In this document: positions 10,189-20,841 of the stretch, one piece after another
Layout of the letters: each line of letters starts with the position of its first letter
How positions within the stretch are numbered: the stretch's first letter is position 1
Virus record (IMG/VR): IMGVR_UViG_3300029288_004944
Location: 64,001-128,000 of that record
Strand: one strand, 5' to 3'
Origin: a virus
Lineage: Duplodnaviria > Caudoviricetes
Length of the DNA stretch: 64,000 nt
Program-made: the position numbers and the translations under genes
The notes under the pieces: generated by a model
Seen by the model: only the letters and a program-made list of their open reading frames with translations
The model's database searches: none
Told to the model about the DNA's origin: nothing

Positions 10189-10958
10189 AAAGGCATCCTC
10201 ACAATATGTCCTTTTTCTGATTTTAAAACTATTATAGACTCTCCCAACCTACATCTCATGCCGGGATAAGGAGACATTGCTCTAAGTAATCTATTATTTT
10301 TTTCTATTGGGCTTTTCGTGTTCATATAAGAATCTTCTATCGTTCTTTTTCTATTATAAGAAGCAAATCTCTCATCTTGAGGACAACACTTACACCCCCT
10401 TACAACCCTCCCAATAGATTTCGCCACCATCTTTCCGGCCAACAATGCTAATTTCTTACGCAACGTTCCATCTGTTTCATTTTTTGAAATATTTATTTCT
10501 TTTTGCGAAATCCAACTTCCAAAATCCGGTTTCTCACTTTCTATAAAATGAAATGTAACTCCCGTTGTTTCTTCTCCATTCAAGATTGCCCATGTAGTGG
10601 GGGTGGCTCCTCTGTATTTAGGCAACAATGATGGGTGAACATTAATGGTGCCTAATCTTGGAATCCATATAATATTCATAGGTATGATCTGATTAAAAGA
10701 AGCAACCACCATTAAATCAGGATTAAGATGACGAATTAATTCCAACGTATCGTTGGAATGAAGATTAAGACCTTCGTATAATAAAACTTTTTTCTTTGCT
10801 ACATCGCATAATTGGTTGCACTTATAATAGGGAAAATCTCCAACGGGGTGAGGCGGAGTAATAACAGCCACAACAGATATGCCTCTCATAGACATTAAGG
10901 ATTTAAATACCTCATTACCAAAACCTGTCATACCAAACAATACTACTCTTGTTTTCAT
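10185..10958 (-). CDS. Formyltransferase (Fmt-like, probably a sugar N-formyltransferase)
   Basis: INVHPSLLPKYRGATP signature, glycan-cluster context. Confidence 0.85.
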   Translation of the reverse strand: MKTRVVLFGMTGFGNEVFKSLMSMRGISVVAVITPPHPVGDFPYYKCNQLCDVAKKKVLLYEGLNLHSNDTLELIRHLNPDLMVVASFNQIIPMNIIWIPRLGTINVHPSLLPKYRGATPTTWAILNGEETTGVTFHFIESEKPDFGSWISQKEINISKNETDGTLRKKLALLAGKMVAKSIGRVVRGCKCCPQDERFASYNRKRTIEDSYMNTKSPIEKNNRLLRAMSPYPGMRCRLGESIIVLKSEKGHIVRMPL

Positions 10959-11587
10959 TTATTCACCATAAAAAGAGATCTTAATGAATCATCTTTTCCT
11001 AAATTAGATACTTTACCCACACAACTCAAAATTTCTTCAACAGCATTGTTGTCACAGAATAAATCATTGAACCCTGATTGAAAATAAACAACATCTCCTA
11101 TGCGAACAACTTCTTTCAACATCTGTAAAGCATAATCCATATCTTTACCCCTTGTCAAGTGATGAAAAAGATTCATAAATAACACTATATCAGCACTCTC
11201 TTTAAAATTCTTAAAATACTCTAAATCAATAGATACATTCTTAGATTGAAGATCTAACCTATATTCAGAAGCAACAAGATTTACAATTTCAACCTTTTCT
11301 TTATTTATATCAAATGCAACCACTTTCGATCCTTTAAGAGCAAATAAATAACTAAAACAGCCAAAACTACACCCGAAATCAAAAACTTTTTTATCCTTCA
11401 CATTACCCATTGAATTTATAATCTTAGACTCACGTATAGAATGCTTTTGATAACCACTAAATCCTAAAAAAGGAACTTCTAATCCAATAGATTCTTTCTT
11501 ATCCGGAGTATTAGCATAATATTTTTCACAATATCCCAATATTTTATCTTTTATTATTTCAATTGTCATTTTAACCTTGGATTCCAT
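10955..11587 (-). CDS. Class I SAM-dependent methyltransferase
   Basis: VFDFGCSFG, DIVLFMNLFHH. Confidence 0.8.
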   Translation of the reverse strand: MESKVKMTIEIIKDKILGYCEKYYANTPDKKESIGLEVPFLGFSGYQKHSIRESKIINSMGNVKDKKVFDFGCSFGCFSYLFALKGSKVVAFDINKEKVEIVNLVASEYRLDLQSKNVSIDLEYFKNFKESADIVLFMNLFHHLTRGKDMDYALQMLKEVVRIGDVVYFQSGFNDLFCDNNAVEEILSCVGKVSNLGKDDSLRSLFMVNK

Positions 11588-12027
11588 TCTTTTAAAAACT
11601 CAGCAATATAATAAATATCATTTATTTCTTTTCGCATTCTTTCAAGGTCTTTATCTTGTATACTTTTCAACATAATATCTAACGACTTTCCAAGGTGATG
11701 AAATGTGCCCAAAACACCATCTATGGCCATCAATCTATCCCCAGGAGTATCTGCAACATCTAATTTCCACAACTCTACAATAATCATTTCATAAAAATGA
11801 TCAATACAGTACTGCAAATGATTTTCTCTTCCCTTAAAATTAGGAAATATTTTTTTAGATAACTCCAATATTTTTTCTTTATCATAATTTAAGAATTTAA
11901 TAGATAAAAAATCTTTTGTAAACCCATATAAAGACTCTTTTAACTTAACAGACAAAAGCCCATTAACATCTCCATCTATCTGACTTTGATAAAGTTTTTT
12001 AAAATCAAATAATCTTAGTTCATGCAT
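11566..12027 (-). CDS. Hypothetical protein
   Basis: 153-aa ORF overlapping both neighbours in the operon. Confidence 0.6.
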   Translation of the reverse strand: MHELRLFDFKKLYQSQIDGDVNGLLSVKLKESLYGFTKDFLSIKFLNYDKEKILELSKKIFPNFKGRENHLQYCIDHFYEMIIVELWKLDVADTPGDRLMAIDGVLGTFHHLGKSLDIMLKSIQDKDLERMRKEINDIYYIAEFLKEWNPRLK

Positions 12028-12761
12028 GATTTTATCCTCATTGATAAATCTTCTGCTTCAATATTTGGATTCCAATAATCAGGATGTTCCCTATCAATTG
12101 TTACCCCCATAATAAAAGGTAGATATTTAATTGAATACTTCTTTGCAATTTTTAACCAATAGTTATAATCTGCTCCGATTCTTCCCATTCGTTTATCTCT
12201 ACCACCTGATATATCAAAAGACCATTTACCAATATCCTCATATATTGCTCTTCTGTACATGACTTCCATATTTCCAAAATAATTCCCATATTTCAACAAA
12301 TAATCATAATCAACATCCTTTCTATTTGTAGCCCCAATAATTTCTTTTCTATTGGAATCTATATCACACAAAATAAAATCACCATACACAAGCCCAATAA
12401 GAGAATTGTTTTCTAAAAAATCTACACCAACCCTTATCTTTCCCTTACAAAACAAATCATCATCATCAAGATGAGATATATATTTACCCTTTGCGATCTT
12501 TAACCCATCATTTGCAGGCTCAACAGCATACTGCCCATTCTTTTGCTCTTCGGCTGCACTAATTTGTCGATTTATAAAATTTATTCTATCATCTTGTTTT
12601 TGTAATTTCTTGATTACATCCAATGTATCATCATCCGATTTATCATTAACAATAATTAATTCTATATTATTATAATCTTGATTTAATACACTACTTACAG
12701 CTCGTGGTAAAATCTTTGCCCTATTATATGTAGTCATAACCACACTTACACAAGGATTCAC
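12015..12761 (-). CDS. GT2-family glycosyltransferase
   Basis: VSVVMTTYNR, LIIVNDKSDD, HLDDDD, ADY. Confidence 0.9.
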   Translation of the reverse strand: MNPCVSVVMTTYNRAKILPRAVSSVLNQDYNNIELIIVNDKSDDDTLDVIKKLQKQDDRINFINRQISAAEEQKNGQYAVEPANDGLKIAKGKYISHLDDDDLFCKGKIRVGVDFLENNSLIGLVYGDFILCDIDSNRKEIIGATNRKDVDYDYLLKYGNYFGNMEVMYRRAIYEDIGKWSFDISGGRDKRMGRIGADYNYWLKIAKKYSIKYLPFIMGVTIDREHPDYWNPNIEAEDLSMRIKSCMN

Positions 12762-13504
12762 TTTATCTCTCCATACATATCAGCCGGAGGCATATCTTTT
12801 ATTTCTCCTCTCTTCTGTTTATGCAACCATTCTCTATAAATCTTATATTTCTGAGTATTCTCCATTCCCAATATAGGATCTTCCATCAAACTATGGGAAA
12901 ACCAATCCTGATGCCAAGCCTGAATCCAACCTGCATCCGTTACCGGTATTCGATAAAAATCAAGCCAACCTGCTCCATTTTTATCATATGAAAGATTGGG
13001 GGGTATTTTAGTTACAGTAGATCTTATCATATTAATAAAACCCAAAGGAACTACACCATACTTATCTTTCACTATAACTATCCTATCATTCTCACGTAAA
13101 TACTCAAAAGGCTCTTCTCTCAAACATCTATCCATTATCCACCCAACTTTTGGCATATGATCTAAAATATCTTGAAATGGACAAATATAATCTTTCTCGA
13201 TATATGCATCACATGGAATAAATGTCTGAAATTCAAAATAATTATACTCTTTCCAAAAATCCAACATTATATCACCAAAGGGCTTATTAAATCCATTATA
13301 CTGAAACTTTACCTCAAATGGCAATGAATGTAAATATTCCTTATTTTGCTCCAACTGTTTCAAATATTCTTCTGTGCCATCTATTGATCCATTATCCATT
13401 ACAACACATAAATGATTAGTCTTTACATTATTAAAATAACCACACAAACAAGCACGTGTATACTCAACCCTATTAAAATTTACAATCAAAGATACATTTC
13501 TCAT
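12758..13504 (-). CDS. GT2-like protein, FNRVEY paralog family
   Basis: FNRVEY, DNGSIDGT, ENTQKYKIY, DMY. Confidence 0.7.
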   Translation of the reverse strand: MRNVSLIVNFNRVEYTRACLCGYFNNVKTNHLCVVMDNGSIDGTEEYLKQLEQNKEYLHSLPFEVKFQYNGFNKPFGDIMLDFWKEYNYFEFQTFIPCDAYIEKDYICPFQDILDHMPKVGWIMDRCLREEPFEYLRENDRIVIVKDKYGVVPLGFINMIRSTVTKIPPNLSYDKNGAGWLDFYRIPVTDAGWIQAWHQDWFSHSLMEDPILGMENTQKYKIYREWLHKQKRGEIKDMPPADMYGEIK

Positions 13505-14100
13505 TTAACCTCTCTTATCACTTCAAAAGCCTCAGCATATGGAGCATTTATCTGCAAACCTCTTGTTTGAGCAAGACCATATACAAATTGCTTTGCATTC
13601 TTAAAATAAGACCTATGAGCCTGAGACTTATATTGCTTCATTGCTTGTATCTTTTTATCAAGTTGGCTTTTCTTTAACACATAAAAACAATCAGTATCAA
13701 ATGTTTGATTATTCCAAGGCAATTCATATCCCAAAATTGTAGTTTCTTTAAACGCTCTGAAAGCCTCATTTCTCACCACTTCATGATCTTGATGAGTATC
13801 GTGAGAATTTGGCACAAAAACAAGATCATAATTATCCTTTGCTGCAACCACCATATAATCTAAAACTATTTGCCTTTCTTTGTCCAAATATCTTGGATCG
13901 GACACATTAAAACAATGACCATTATTAACACCAAACACCCTCACTGCATTTTCAAATTCTTCTCGAAATCCATAAGGTGGGAGAGTAAAAGCATAATAAT
14001 TTATATACCACCCTTCCTCTTTTAATCTTGCAATCGTACCTCCACAACCTATCTCCCCATCATCTGCGTGGGCTGCATAAACTATTGCTTTTCTTTTCAC
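13501..14100 (-). CDS. PIG-L/LmbE-family deacetylase
   Basis: AHADDGEIGCGG, DTHQDH, YKSQ, AEAF. Confidence 0.9.
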   Translation of the reverse strand: MKRKAIVYAAHADDGEIGCGGTIARLKEEGWYINYYAFTLPPYGFREEFENAVRVFGVNNGHCFNVSDPRYLDKERQIVLDYMVVAAKDNYDLVFVPNSHDTHQDHEVVRNEAFRAFKETTILGYELPWNNQTFDTDCFYVLKKSQLDKKIQAMKQYKSQAHRSYFKNAKQFVYGLAQTRGLQINAPYAEAFEVIREVK

Positions 14101-14579
14101 ATTTTCTCCTTTGTTGCTCTCACTTCTATGCTATTAGTACCAAACTCGCCCGAAGATTTAATTACAAAACCACTTTCAAATATATCCTTTTTTAATCTTG
14201 ACAAATCAAATCCATTTTTTGCCGATAAATAAATATCGCCATGATTCATCAAACTAAAAATCGGCAATGTCCAATAAAACCATTTTTTATTATAATCTGT
14301 TTCCCCCAAAAACTGATGCATAGATTTAATCAAATCAGGAACCTGAACATAAAGAATGCCACCAAACTTAAGAACACGGTACCAATCTTTAAGAGATCGA
14401 AGCCATTCATCGTTTGTAAAATACTGAACAACATGGCTCGCAAAAATTTCATCCACTGTTTCATTACTAAACGGCAATGGTTTCGTTATATCTACACGAA
14501 GATCGGCTTTTTCACTATACAAATCTATATTTAAATAACCCTCTTTAATATCATTCCAACAACCTAAATTCAACTTCAC
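14097..14579 (-). CDS. Methyltransferase type 11
   Basis: KLNLGC, LPF, ASHV, YRVLKFGG, VPD. Confidence 0.85.
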   Translation of the reverse strand: MKLNLGCWNDIKEGYLNIDLYSEKADLRVDITKPLPFSNETVDEIFASHVVQYFTNDEWLRSLKDWYRVLKFGGILYVQVPDLIKSMHQFLGETDYNKKWFYWTLPIFSLMNHGDIYLSAKNGFDLSRLKKDIFESGFVIKSSGEFGTNSIEVRATKEKM

Positions 14580-15052
14580 TTTGTCACCTCCACCTGCATA
14601 CTTGCCTGACCTACATGGCGAGATGCAATCACTTTAAATCCCTCTTCTTCTAATTCTTTACTTAATTTCTCTATATCAAATCCGTTACGATGAAAATCAT
14701 ATTCATCCTTTTGGGCTCCATATATTGGCATAATTCTATAATTCCACTTACGTTCATGGTTCGGCTCATCAAGAAAATCTTTACACATTTTAGGAAAATC
14801 AGGACATTCTATAAACAATTTACCGCCAAATTTAAGAACACGGTACCAATCTTTCTTTACAACTTTCCACTCTTCTTTACTAAAATGCTCTATAACATGA
14901 CTTGCAAATATTTCATCAACAGAATTTACATCAAAAGGTAATGATTTTCGCAAATCAAGTTTTACATCTACATCTTCAACAGCATCTATATTAAGATAAC
15001 CCTCTTTTTTAATAGGACCACTACCTAAATTAAGTTTCATTATTTCTCCCAT
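14576..15052 (-). CDS. Methyltransferase type 11 (tandem paralog)
   Basis: KLNLGSG, ASHVIEH, YRVLKFGG, CPD. Confidence 0.85.
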   Translation of the reverse strand: MGEIMKLNLGSGPIKKEGYLNIDAVEDVDVKLDLRKSLPFDVNSVDEIFASHVIEHFSKEEWKVVKKDWYRVLKFGGKLFIECPDFPKMCKDFLDEPNHERKWNYRIMPIYGAQKDEYDFHRNGFDIEKLSKELEEEGFKVIASRHVGQASMQVEVTK

Positions 15053-15933
15053 TGCTTTCTAATCAGATAGGAATCTAATGACTCCTTACCTGCATAATGA
15101 TCCTGAGCATTATTTTTCCATTCATTATACAAGTTAATTACTTTATTCGCATAAAACAATCCTTCTTTTTTGCGATCTATATTCATATCTTTATACATAT
15201 CCGGCTCAACCTCTATTGCAGTATTAAGATTTCTTATTTTCTGACCATTGTAGATCTTATATTTTTCAGTATTCTCCAAATATAAAGGGCCTCTTTCCCC
15301 GCACCACTTAAGTTCCATATGAGATCTTCCTCTCTTATATCCTGTATTATCAATATCAATATAATGAAATGCCCTGCTTGCCAAACCACGATCCTTAATG
15401 TAGCCGGCCTTTTCAATCAAACAAGATCTCATTAAATTTAAAGATCCATCCATTGTGGCATTAATAATCATCACTCTCTTGCCTACCCTTTCAAATTCCT
15501 CTTTCGTTCCAGGGAAAAAACCTGTTTCATTTGAAATAATACCTATATCTTTAAACGTATCCATCATTTCTTCATTCCACTCTAACCACTGATAAGGCAC
15601 CATTACATCATCCATCCATTCTCCCAAAAACTCCAAATCCGGATGATCTGACATTGCTTGACGCCAAAAATGATTTAATGCCCCGCCCACATAGTAATTT
15701 TTATCTAAATGCATAAATTTTATTTCAAATGGTAAAGACTTTAAAAAATCTTGTCTACTCTCCAATTCTTTTAAAAACTCAGCAGTACCATCGGTAGAAG
15801 CATTATCAAGCAAATATAGATAGTGTGGCTGAGCAGTATTCACACAATAATATAAAAAACTTACAGCCGAATACTCAACTCTATTAAAGTTTATCATACC
15901 TACTGCACTTCTTATATTCTTGTCACCACTCAT
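15040..15933 (-). CDS. GT2-like protein, FNRVEY paralog family
   Basis: FNRVEY, DNASTDGT, MDD, ENTEKYKIY. Confidence 0.7.
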   Translation of the reverse strand: MSGDKNIRSAVGMINFNRVEYSAVSFLYYCVNTAQPHYLYLLDNASTDGTAEFLKELESRQDFLKSLPFEIKFMHLDKNYYVGGALNHFWRQAMSDHPDLEFLGEWMDDVMVPYQWLEWNEEMMDTFKDIGIISNETGFFPGTKEEFERVGKRVMIINATMDGSLNLMRSCLIEKAGYIKDRGLASRAFHYIDIDNTGYKRGRSHMELKWCGERGPLYLENTEKYKIYNGQKIRNLNTAIEVEPDMYKDMNIDRKKEGLFYANKVINLYNEWKNNAQDHYAGKESLDSYLIRKQWEK

Positions 15934-16718
15934 ATTACATTCCCCTTCTTTAACATAGATTTAAATTCTTTCATATTCTCTTCGGCTGAAACAATACGAG
16001 CATCCATTGACATTTTATACATATCGGAATCTATTGGGACACCCTTATACAATAAACCAATCACTTGATTATAATAAATTTGATACTTTGGCGTACCAAA
16101 TAAATCTATTATGCTTGATCCACTTCCACACTGATCTGCCCCTATTTTGGCACACCCTATCTTATAGCCGCATTCTTTGATCTTTTCATATCCATGTTGC
16201 CAATAATCTGTACGCGAATTATAACCCATCTTTGGATATAAACTACGACGCAACAAATGTATGGGGGCATCTATCCAAGCATCCATTGCAACATTGCCGT
16301 TGGCTCCAAACACTTTATGATGTTTATCAAACCCATTATTGATATTAACAACGCCCAACGATGGCTCTTTTTCAAGTATATCTGTAAGGAATAATAACCA
16401 ATCTTTTGGCACTGCACACTTATCATTCACTGTGGCCATATACTCACACTTATCATCTGTTTTATTATATAACACATCAATGGCCATTCCGGGCTGACCA
16501 TTTTTAGATAAAAATTCAAAATATATCTTAAACGGCAATCTTCTCAAAAAAGTATCACTCATTAACATCTGCAAAAACTCTTTAGAACCATCATGAGAAT
16601 CATTATCTATTATATACAGATCATGTGGTTGCTGAGTATTTAAAAAATAATAAAATAAAGTTTCTCTCAAATATTCCACTTTATTAAAAGAAATAATACA
16701 AGAACTTATTTTTGCCAT
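15930..16718 (-). CDS. GT2-like protein, FNRVEY paralog family
   Basis: FNKVEY, DNDSHDGS, KYQIY, DMY. Confidence 0.7.
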   Translation of the reverse strand: MAKISSCIISFNKVEYLRETLFYYFLNTQQPHDLYIIDNDSHDGSKEFLQMLMSDTFLRRLPFKIYFEFLSKNGQPGMAIDVLYNKTDDKCEYMATVNDKCAVPKDWLLFLTDILEKEPSLGVVNINNGFDKHHKVFGANGNVAMDAWIDAPIHLLRRSLYPKMGYNSRTDYWQHGYEKIKECGYKIGCAKIGADQCGSGSSIIDLFGTPKYQIYYNQVIGLLYKGVPIDSDMYKMSMDARIVSAEENMKEFKSMLKKGNVI

Positions 16719-17611
16719 TGCCTCAAAAACTCCTCTTCGTCTTCTTTTGTTATCCCCGTATCTAATGTAGCCGATGGAATATTTTTTCTATCAAGTAATC
16801 TATCCTGAGCCTCAAACCATTCTCTTGGCTCATCTTTTAATATATGTACTTCGCCATCTTGTTCCCATTCCAATACACCCGATATCTGATCATATAATTT
16901 TCTCGGATAAAGGCAAAAAATTCTCTTAACCATTAAACATTGTTTCTTGTACTTTTGCGACGCTTCCTTGCCTTCCGGTAAATCATATACCTTTTCCATG
17001 ATCTGGGAAGGATCTACTGCCGTAATATACCCTAAATTCCTAATATTGCCATAATAATTACTATCTGTTTGACCATAAACATTATTTTCATAATATCCTA
17101 TCTTTTCTATAATCTCAGATTTCATTAATTGACATTCATCATTAAAATCAAATAATCCCCAACTATCAGTATCCTTTTCTCCCAAATACTTAACACCAAA
17201 TTTTTCAGTGGCAGGTGTTCCCCAATGTCTATCATCAGGTGAAATAATAGCAGAATGAGGCACTACTGAAAGTATTTTAATAAATCTTTCAATCCAATTA
17301 TTACAAACAAGCGTATCATCATGAACTAACCCCAAATATTTAACCTGATCTTTAAACGTTCTCATAAAAAGATTCTGAGGCCGAAAAAGACCATAATTTT
17401 TCTTAAAATACCAAACTCTTAGATCAATATTATGATGATTAAAATTATTAGTCTTTTCTAAATCTTTCAACCATTCTTTTGTACCATCAGTTGAGCCATT
17501 ATCAACAATCACAAGTATATGAGGATTCCTCGTATACTCATAATAATATTTTAAACATATCTTTAAATAATCAAGTCTATTCCACGTTGGGATTAAAACT
17601 GCTGTGTCCAT
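16706..17611 (-). CDS. GT2-family glycosyltransferase
   Basis: IPTWNR, VDNGSTDGT, VHDD. Confidence 0.8.
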   Translation of the reverse strand: MDTAVLIPTWNRLDYLKICLKYYYEYTRNPHILVIVDNGSTDGTKEWLKDLEKTNNFNHHNIDLRVWYFKKNYGLFRPQNLFMRTFKDQVKYLGLVHDDTLVCNNWIERFIKILSVVPHSAIISPDDRHWGTPATEKFGVKYLGEKDTDSWGLFDFNDECQLMKSEIIEKIGYYENNVYGQTDSNYYGNIRNLGYITAVDPSQIMEKVYDLPEGKEASQKYKKQCLMVKRIFCLYPRKLYDQISGVLEWEQDGEVHILKDEPREWFEAQDRLLDRKNIPSATLDTGITKEDEEEFLRQWQK

Positions 17612-18427
17612 TTATTTATCTCCCAAATTATCAATAAAATTCCATTTTGCCCTATAATATCCCCATCCCACACTTGAAACTTGCGAACAAAATCTTTCAA
17701 AATCTGCATTAGGAGATGTTTTATTATTTGTACCTAAAATTGCAGGATACTTTCTGCCAAAAGGCTTTCTCAGTTTTTCCATAGCAGGATTATTTAAAAT
17801 TTTTCTATTATCAAATCCGGACCATATAATAGATCTGCGATAATCATCATCGGCAGGAATAAAAAACATATTCTCATCCATCATCCCCTTGCCACACCTA
17901 CAATATTGTTCCAACTTTAACATATTGCTATCATTAAAATTCTGCATATACTCACTCAATAAAAAATATCTTTCTTTAATCTCATTCACAATATCTTTTG
18001 TAAAAAATGTTTCATAGAACAACCCTAAACTCAAATCATTACAAACAGCATCGACACAATCAGGGTCTATAACCCTATCACTTTCAATAAACAAATAAAC
18101 ATCAGTAGATGCATTACAAATACCGTCATTAAAACCACCAGAATACCCTGTATTTTTTAAATTACGTACAATTCTAACCCTCTCATCATTATTTACAATC
18201 TTTTCAATCGCACTCATTGTGTCCTTAGGACATTCATTATCAATAAGAATTAACTCAAAATTATGTTGCGTGTTCAAAAAAGACTTAACCACTTGTTCGG
18301 CCTCAGATGGAATATTGTTGCTTGGACAAAATGCCGAAATAATAGAAACTTTACCTTTAACCAATTCCCTTGCTTTATCGACAATCTCTTCTTTCCTTTT
18401 TTCAGAAATAGTTTCTATCCTATTCAT
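17612..18427 (-). CDS. GT2-family glycosyltransferase (divergent)
   Basis: FELILIDN, NTGYSGGFNDG, IESD, RAKW. Confidence 0.7.
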   Translation of the reverse strand: MNRIETISEKRKEEIVDKARELVKGKVSIISAFCPSNNIPSEAEQVVKSFLNTQHNFELILIDNECPKDTMSAIEKIVNNDERVRIVRNLKNTGYSGGFNDGICNASTDVYLFIESDRVIDPDCVDAVCNDLSLGLFYETFFTKDIVNEIKERYFLLSEYMQNFNDSNMLKLEQYCRCGKGMMDENMFFIPADDDYRRSIIWSGFDNRKILNNPAMEKLRKPFGRKYPAILGTNNKTSPNADFERFCSQVSSVGWGYYRAKWNFIDNLGDK

Positions 18428-18932
18428 TATTACCTCGTATCAATGACATTATGATATAATCCCAATATTTACCTTTTCTAAAAATTGCCTGTTTATATTT
18501 ACCCTCTTTTTTAAATCCCACGTTATCATAAATCTTTATAGCCTTTTTATTATACTCTAAAACACAAAGCCATAATCTATGCATATTTAAAAAATTAAAA
18601 CAATAATCTACAACCATTTTCATAGTCTCAGTTCCAAAACCCTGCCCTCTATGCTCAGGCGATATGTCGCATCCCACTCTCATACTTCTATTTATATAAT
18701 CTATCTCATCCATTCTAATAACTCCAATTCTTTTAGAATCATCGTAAACTATAAAATATTTTTTATTTTTAGAATTAACTAAATCACTATACCATTCTCT
18801 TTGCTTTTCCGATGAAATCATACCTATATATGTTAAATTCATCCATGTAGATTCATCATTTCTAAGAGATCTTAAAAATTCAAGATCGGTAAATTCCAAT
18901 GACCTCATCTTTATATTTTTAAAAGTATACAT
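18420..18932 (-). CDS. GNAT N-acetyltransferase (RimL/PseH-like)
   Basis: HRGQGFG, NKKAIKIY, GFKKEG. Confidence 0.9.
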   Translation of the reverse strand: MYTFKNIKMRSLEFTDLEFLRSLRNDESTWMNLTYIGMISSEKQREWYSDLVNSKNKKYFIVYDDSKRIGVIRMDEIDYINRSMRVGCDISPEHRGQGFGTETMKMVVDYCFNFLNMHRLWLCVLEYNKKAIKIYDNVGFKKEGKYKQAIFRKGKYWDYIIMSLIRGNNE

Positions 18933-20050
18933 TATATTTCCTTCATAGTAGAATTTATTGCTTCCATAATAAAATCTCTGTCAATTTGATTAATCCACCA
19001 TCCTGTTGGTATAGCACATTGTTTATAATAAAATTCTGTCGCTCCCGAAACATCTTTTGGTAAGTTCTTAAAGACCGTTAATTCAGTATTCAGCCTATGA
19101 ACTTTTGAACACATTACACCCTTTTGATTTAATTTATCAAGGAAATTATCTCTTTTATCCTTTCCACCATCTATAAATATCGTATAAAACCAATAATTTG
19201 GGTTAGACCTCGGATCAATACGTCTCAAAGAAATACCTTTTACATTCTTTAATTCCTGATTAAAAAATTCTACATTATTCTTGGTAGTTGTAATTAAATT
19301 ATCTATCCATTTAAGATTTTCAATTCCTATTGTAGCAGCCACATCGTTTAAGTGATATTTATATCCTGATTCTATCACATCATCATCACAACGAGCATCC
19401 TTACCTTTTGAATTATTTCGAGGCAATCCATACCATCTTAATAACTTGCCTTTTTCATAATCCTCTTTATTACGACAAACTAAACACCCTCCGTCCCCTG
19501 TATTGATATATTTAATCGCTTGAAAGGAGAAACAAGTAAAATCAGAAAAATTACCCACCTGTTTCTGATCATATAAAGATCCTAACGCTTGGCAAGCATC
19601 CTCTATCACAGGAATACCATATTTTTTACCTATCTTATTGAGGAATTCAAGATAATAGGGCACTCCACCATAATGAACTGTAATAATAGCCTTTGTTTTA
19701 GATGTAATCCTTTTTTCTACACTTTCAAGATTTATATTTCCGGTGTCCGACTCACAATCAGCCCAAACAGGAATTGCTCCTGCCTCTAAAATAGGACTAT
19801 TGGTTGCAAAACAAGTCATAGGATTTGAAATTACTTCATCACCATAACTAACACCTGCCAATCTTAGAGCAAGACGTATTGCAGAAGTTCCTGAATTAAC
19901 AGTTAAGACATTTTCACACCCAATATATTTTTTTAAATCTTCTTCAAAATCTTTAACCCGAGGACCTTCACCTAAAAATCCACTTCTCATTGTCTCTTCA
20001 ATCGGTTTCATTATATTTGGGGCTGTAAATACTTTAAATAATGGCAACAT
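18932..20050 (-). CDS. DegT/DnrJ/EryC1/StrS PLP-dependent sugar aminotransferase
   Basis: NSGTSA, VIEDACQA, FSFQAIK, GDGG. Confidence 0.92.
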   Translation of the reverse strand: MLPLFKVFTAPNIMKPIEETMRSGFLGEGPRVKDFEEDLKKYIGCENVLTVNSGTSAIRLALRLAGVSYGDEVISNPMTCFATNSPILEAGAIPVWADCESDTGNINLESVEKRITSKTKAIITVHYGGVPYYLEFLNKIGKKYGIPVIEDACQALGSLYDQKQVGNFSDFTCFSFQAIKYINTGDGGCLVCRNKEDYEKGKLLRWYGLPRNNSKGKDARCDDDVIESGYKYHLNDVAATIGIENLKWIDNLITTTKNNVEFFNQELKNVKGISLRRIDPRSNPNYWFYTIFIDGGKDKRDNFLDKLNQKGVMCSKVHRLNTELTVFKNLPKDVSGATEFYYKQCAIPTGWWINQIDRDFIMEAINSTMKEI

Positions 20051-20061
20051 TTTTCCTCCAA

Positions 20062-20841
20062 TTATCTTTTTTCATAAATAAAACATCTTCTTTTGTCCAT
20101 CCAATCCAAACTCTTCTCCATTTCTTTTACAGGTATAACTTTACCACTACTCCATAAATTAAACTTTTCTTCCCAAAATTTTCTTGTAGCAAATGTGATA
20201 TGGGTTTCATCTCTCATATCACTGCTAAATTCATAATCATTGGCAAATATGCTGAAATTAAGCCAAATAGTAAAATATAAATACTTCTTACTCACTCTTA
20301 GCATTTCTTTAAATCCTGCCTCAGCCTGACTTAATGTTATGTGCTCAAATAATTCTCTTCCAATAACCATGTCAAATTCATTATCTTTAAATGGCAAAGA
20401 AACAACATCTGCCACAGAAACATACTCCCTCACTTGCTCAACACAATTTTTTATTCCATACTCACTATAATCTACCCCAACAGCATCCACACCTAAGTCA
20501 CGCAAAAAATGAACTAAAAATCCCTGACCACAACCAACATCTAATATTCTTTTATTTTCTCCCACAATATTCTTTATAATAGTAGGATGCCTACCCTCCG
20601 TTATCTGTTTTGCTTCTAATGTATTATTAAATGGCCACCACTTATAATCATTAAACCATTTCTCATCATACTTAGATGAATCAGTGGGATTTTGATTGGC
20701 AGGATAAAAACCAAAATCTATGTGGCTTGACATAAAACATTTCCAACACTTTTTAAAAAAACACTTATCACATATGGTTGTTAGTTTCTGCATTGGATTA
20801 TCGTTTGAGTTATCTTTTTTAAGCATTTTTCTTACCCTCAT
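20062..20841 (-). CDS. Class I SAM-dependent methyltransferase (start uncertain, about 20841)
   Basis: ILDVGCGQG, LPFKDNEFD, FEH; GGAGA SD before the ATG at 20841. Confidence 0.8.
   Translation of the reverse strand: MRVRKMLKKDNSNDNPMQKLTTICDKCFFKKCWKCFMSSHIDFGFYPANQNPTDSSKYDEKWFNDYKWWPFNNTLEAKQITEGRHPTIIKNIVGENKRILDVGCGQGFLVHFLRDLGVDAVGVDYSEYGIKNCVEQVREYVSVADVVSLPFKDNEFDMVIGRELFEHITLSQAEAGFKEMLRVSKKYLYFTIWLNFSIFANDYEFSSDMRDETHITFATRKFWEEKFNLWSSGKVIPVKEMEKSLDWMDKRRCFIYEKR

Noticed and set aside
10185-10958. Housekeeping methionyl-tRNA formyltransferase (fmt)
   Set aside because: It is short at the C-terminus and embedded among sugar-modifying genes, so a sugar formyltransferase is more likely; no gene symbol given.
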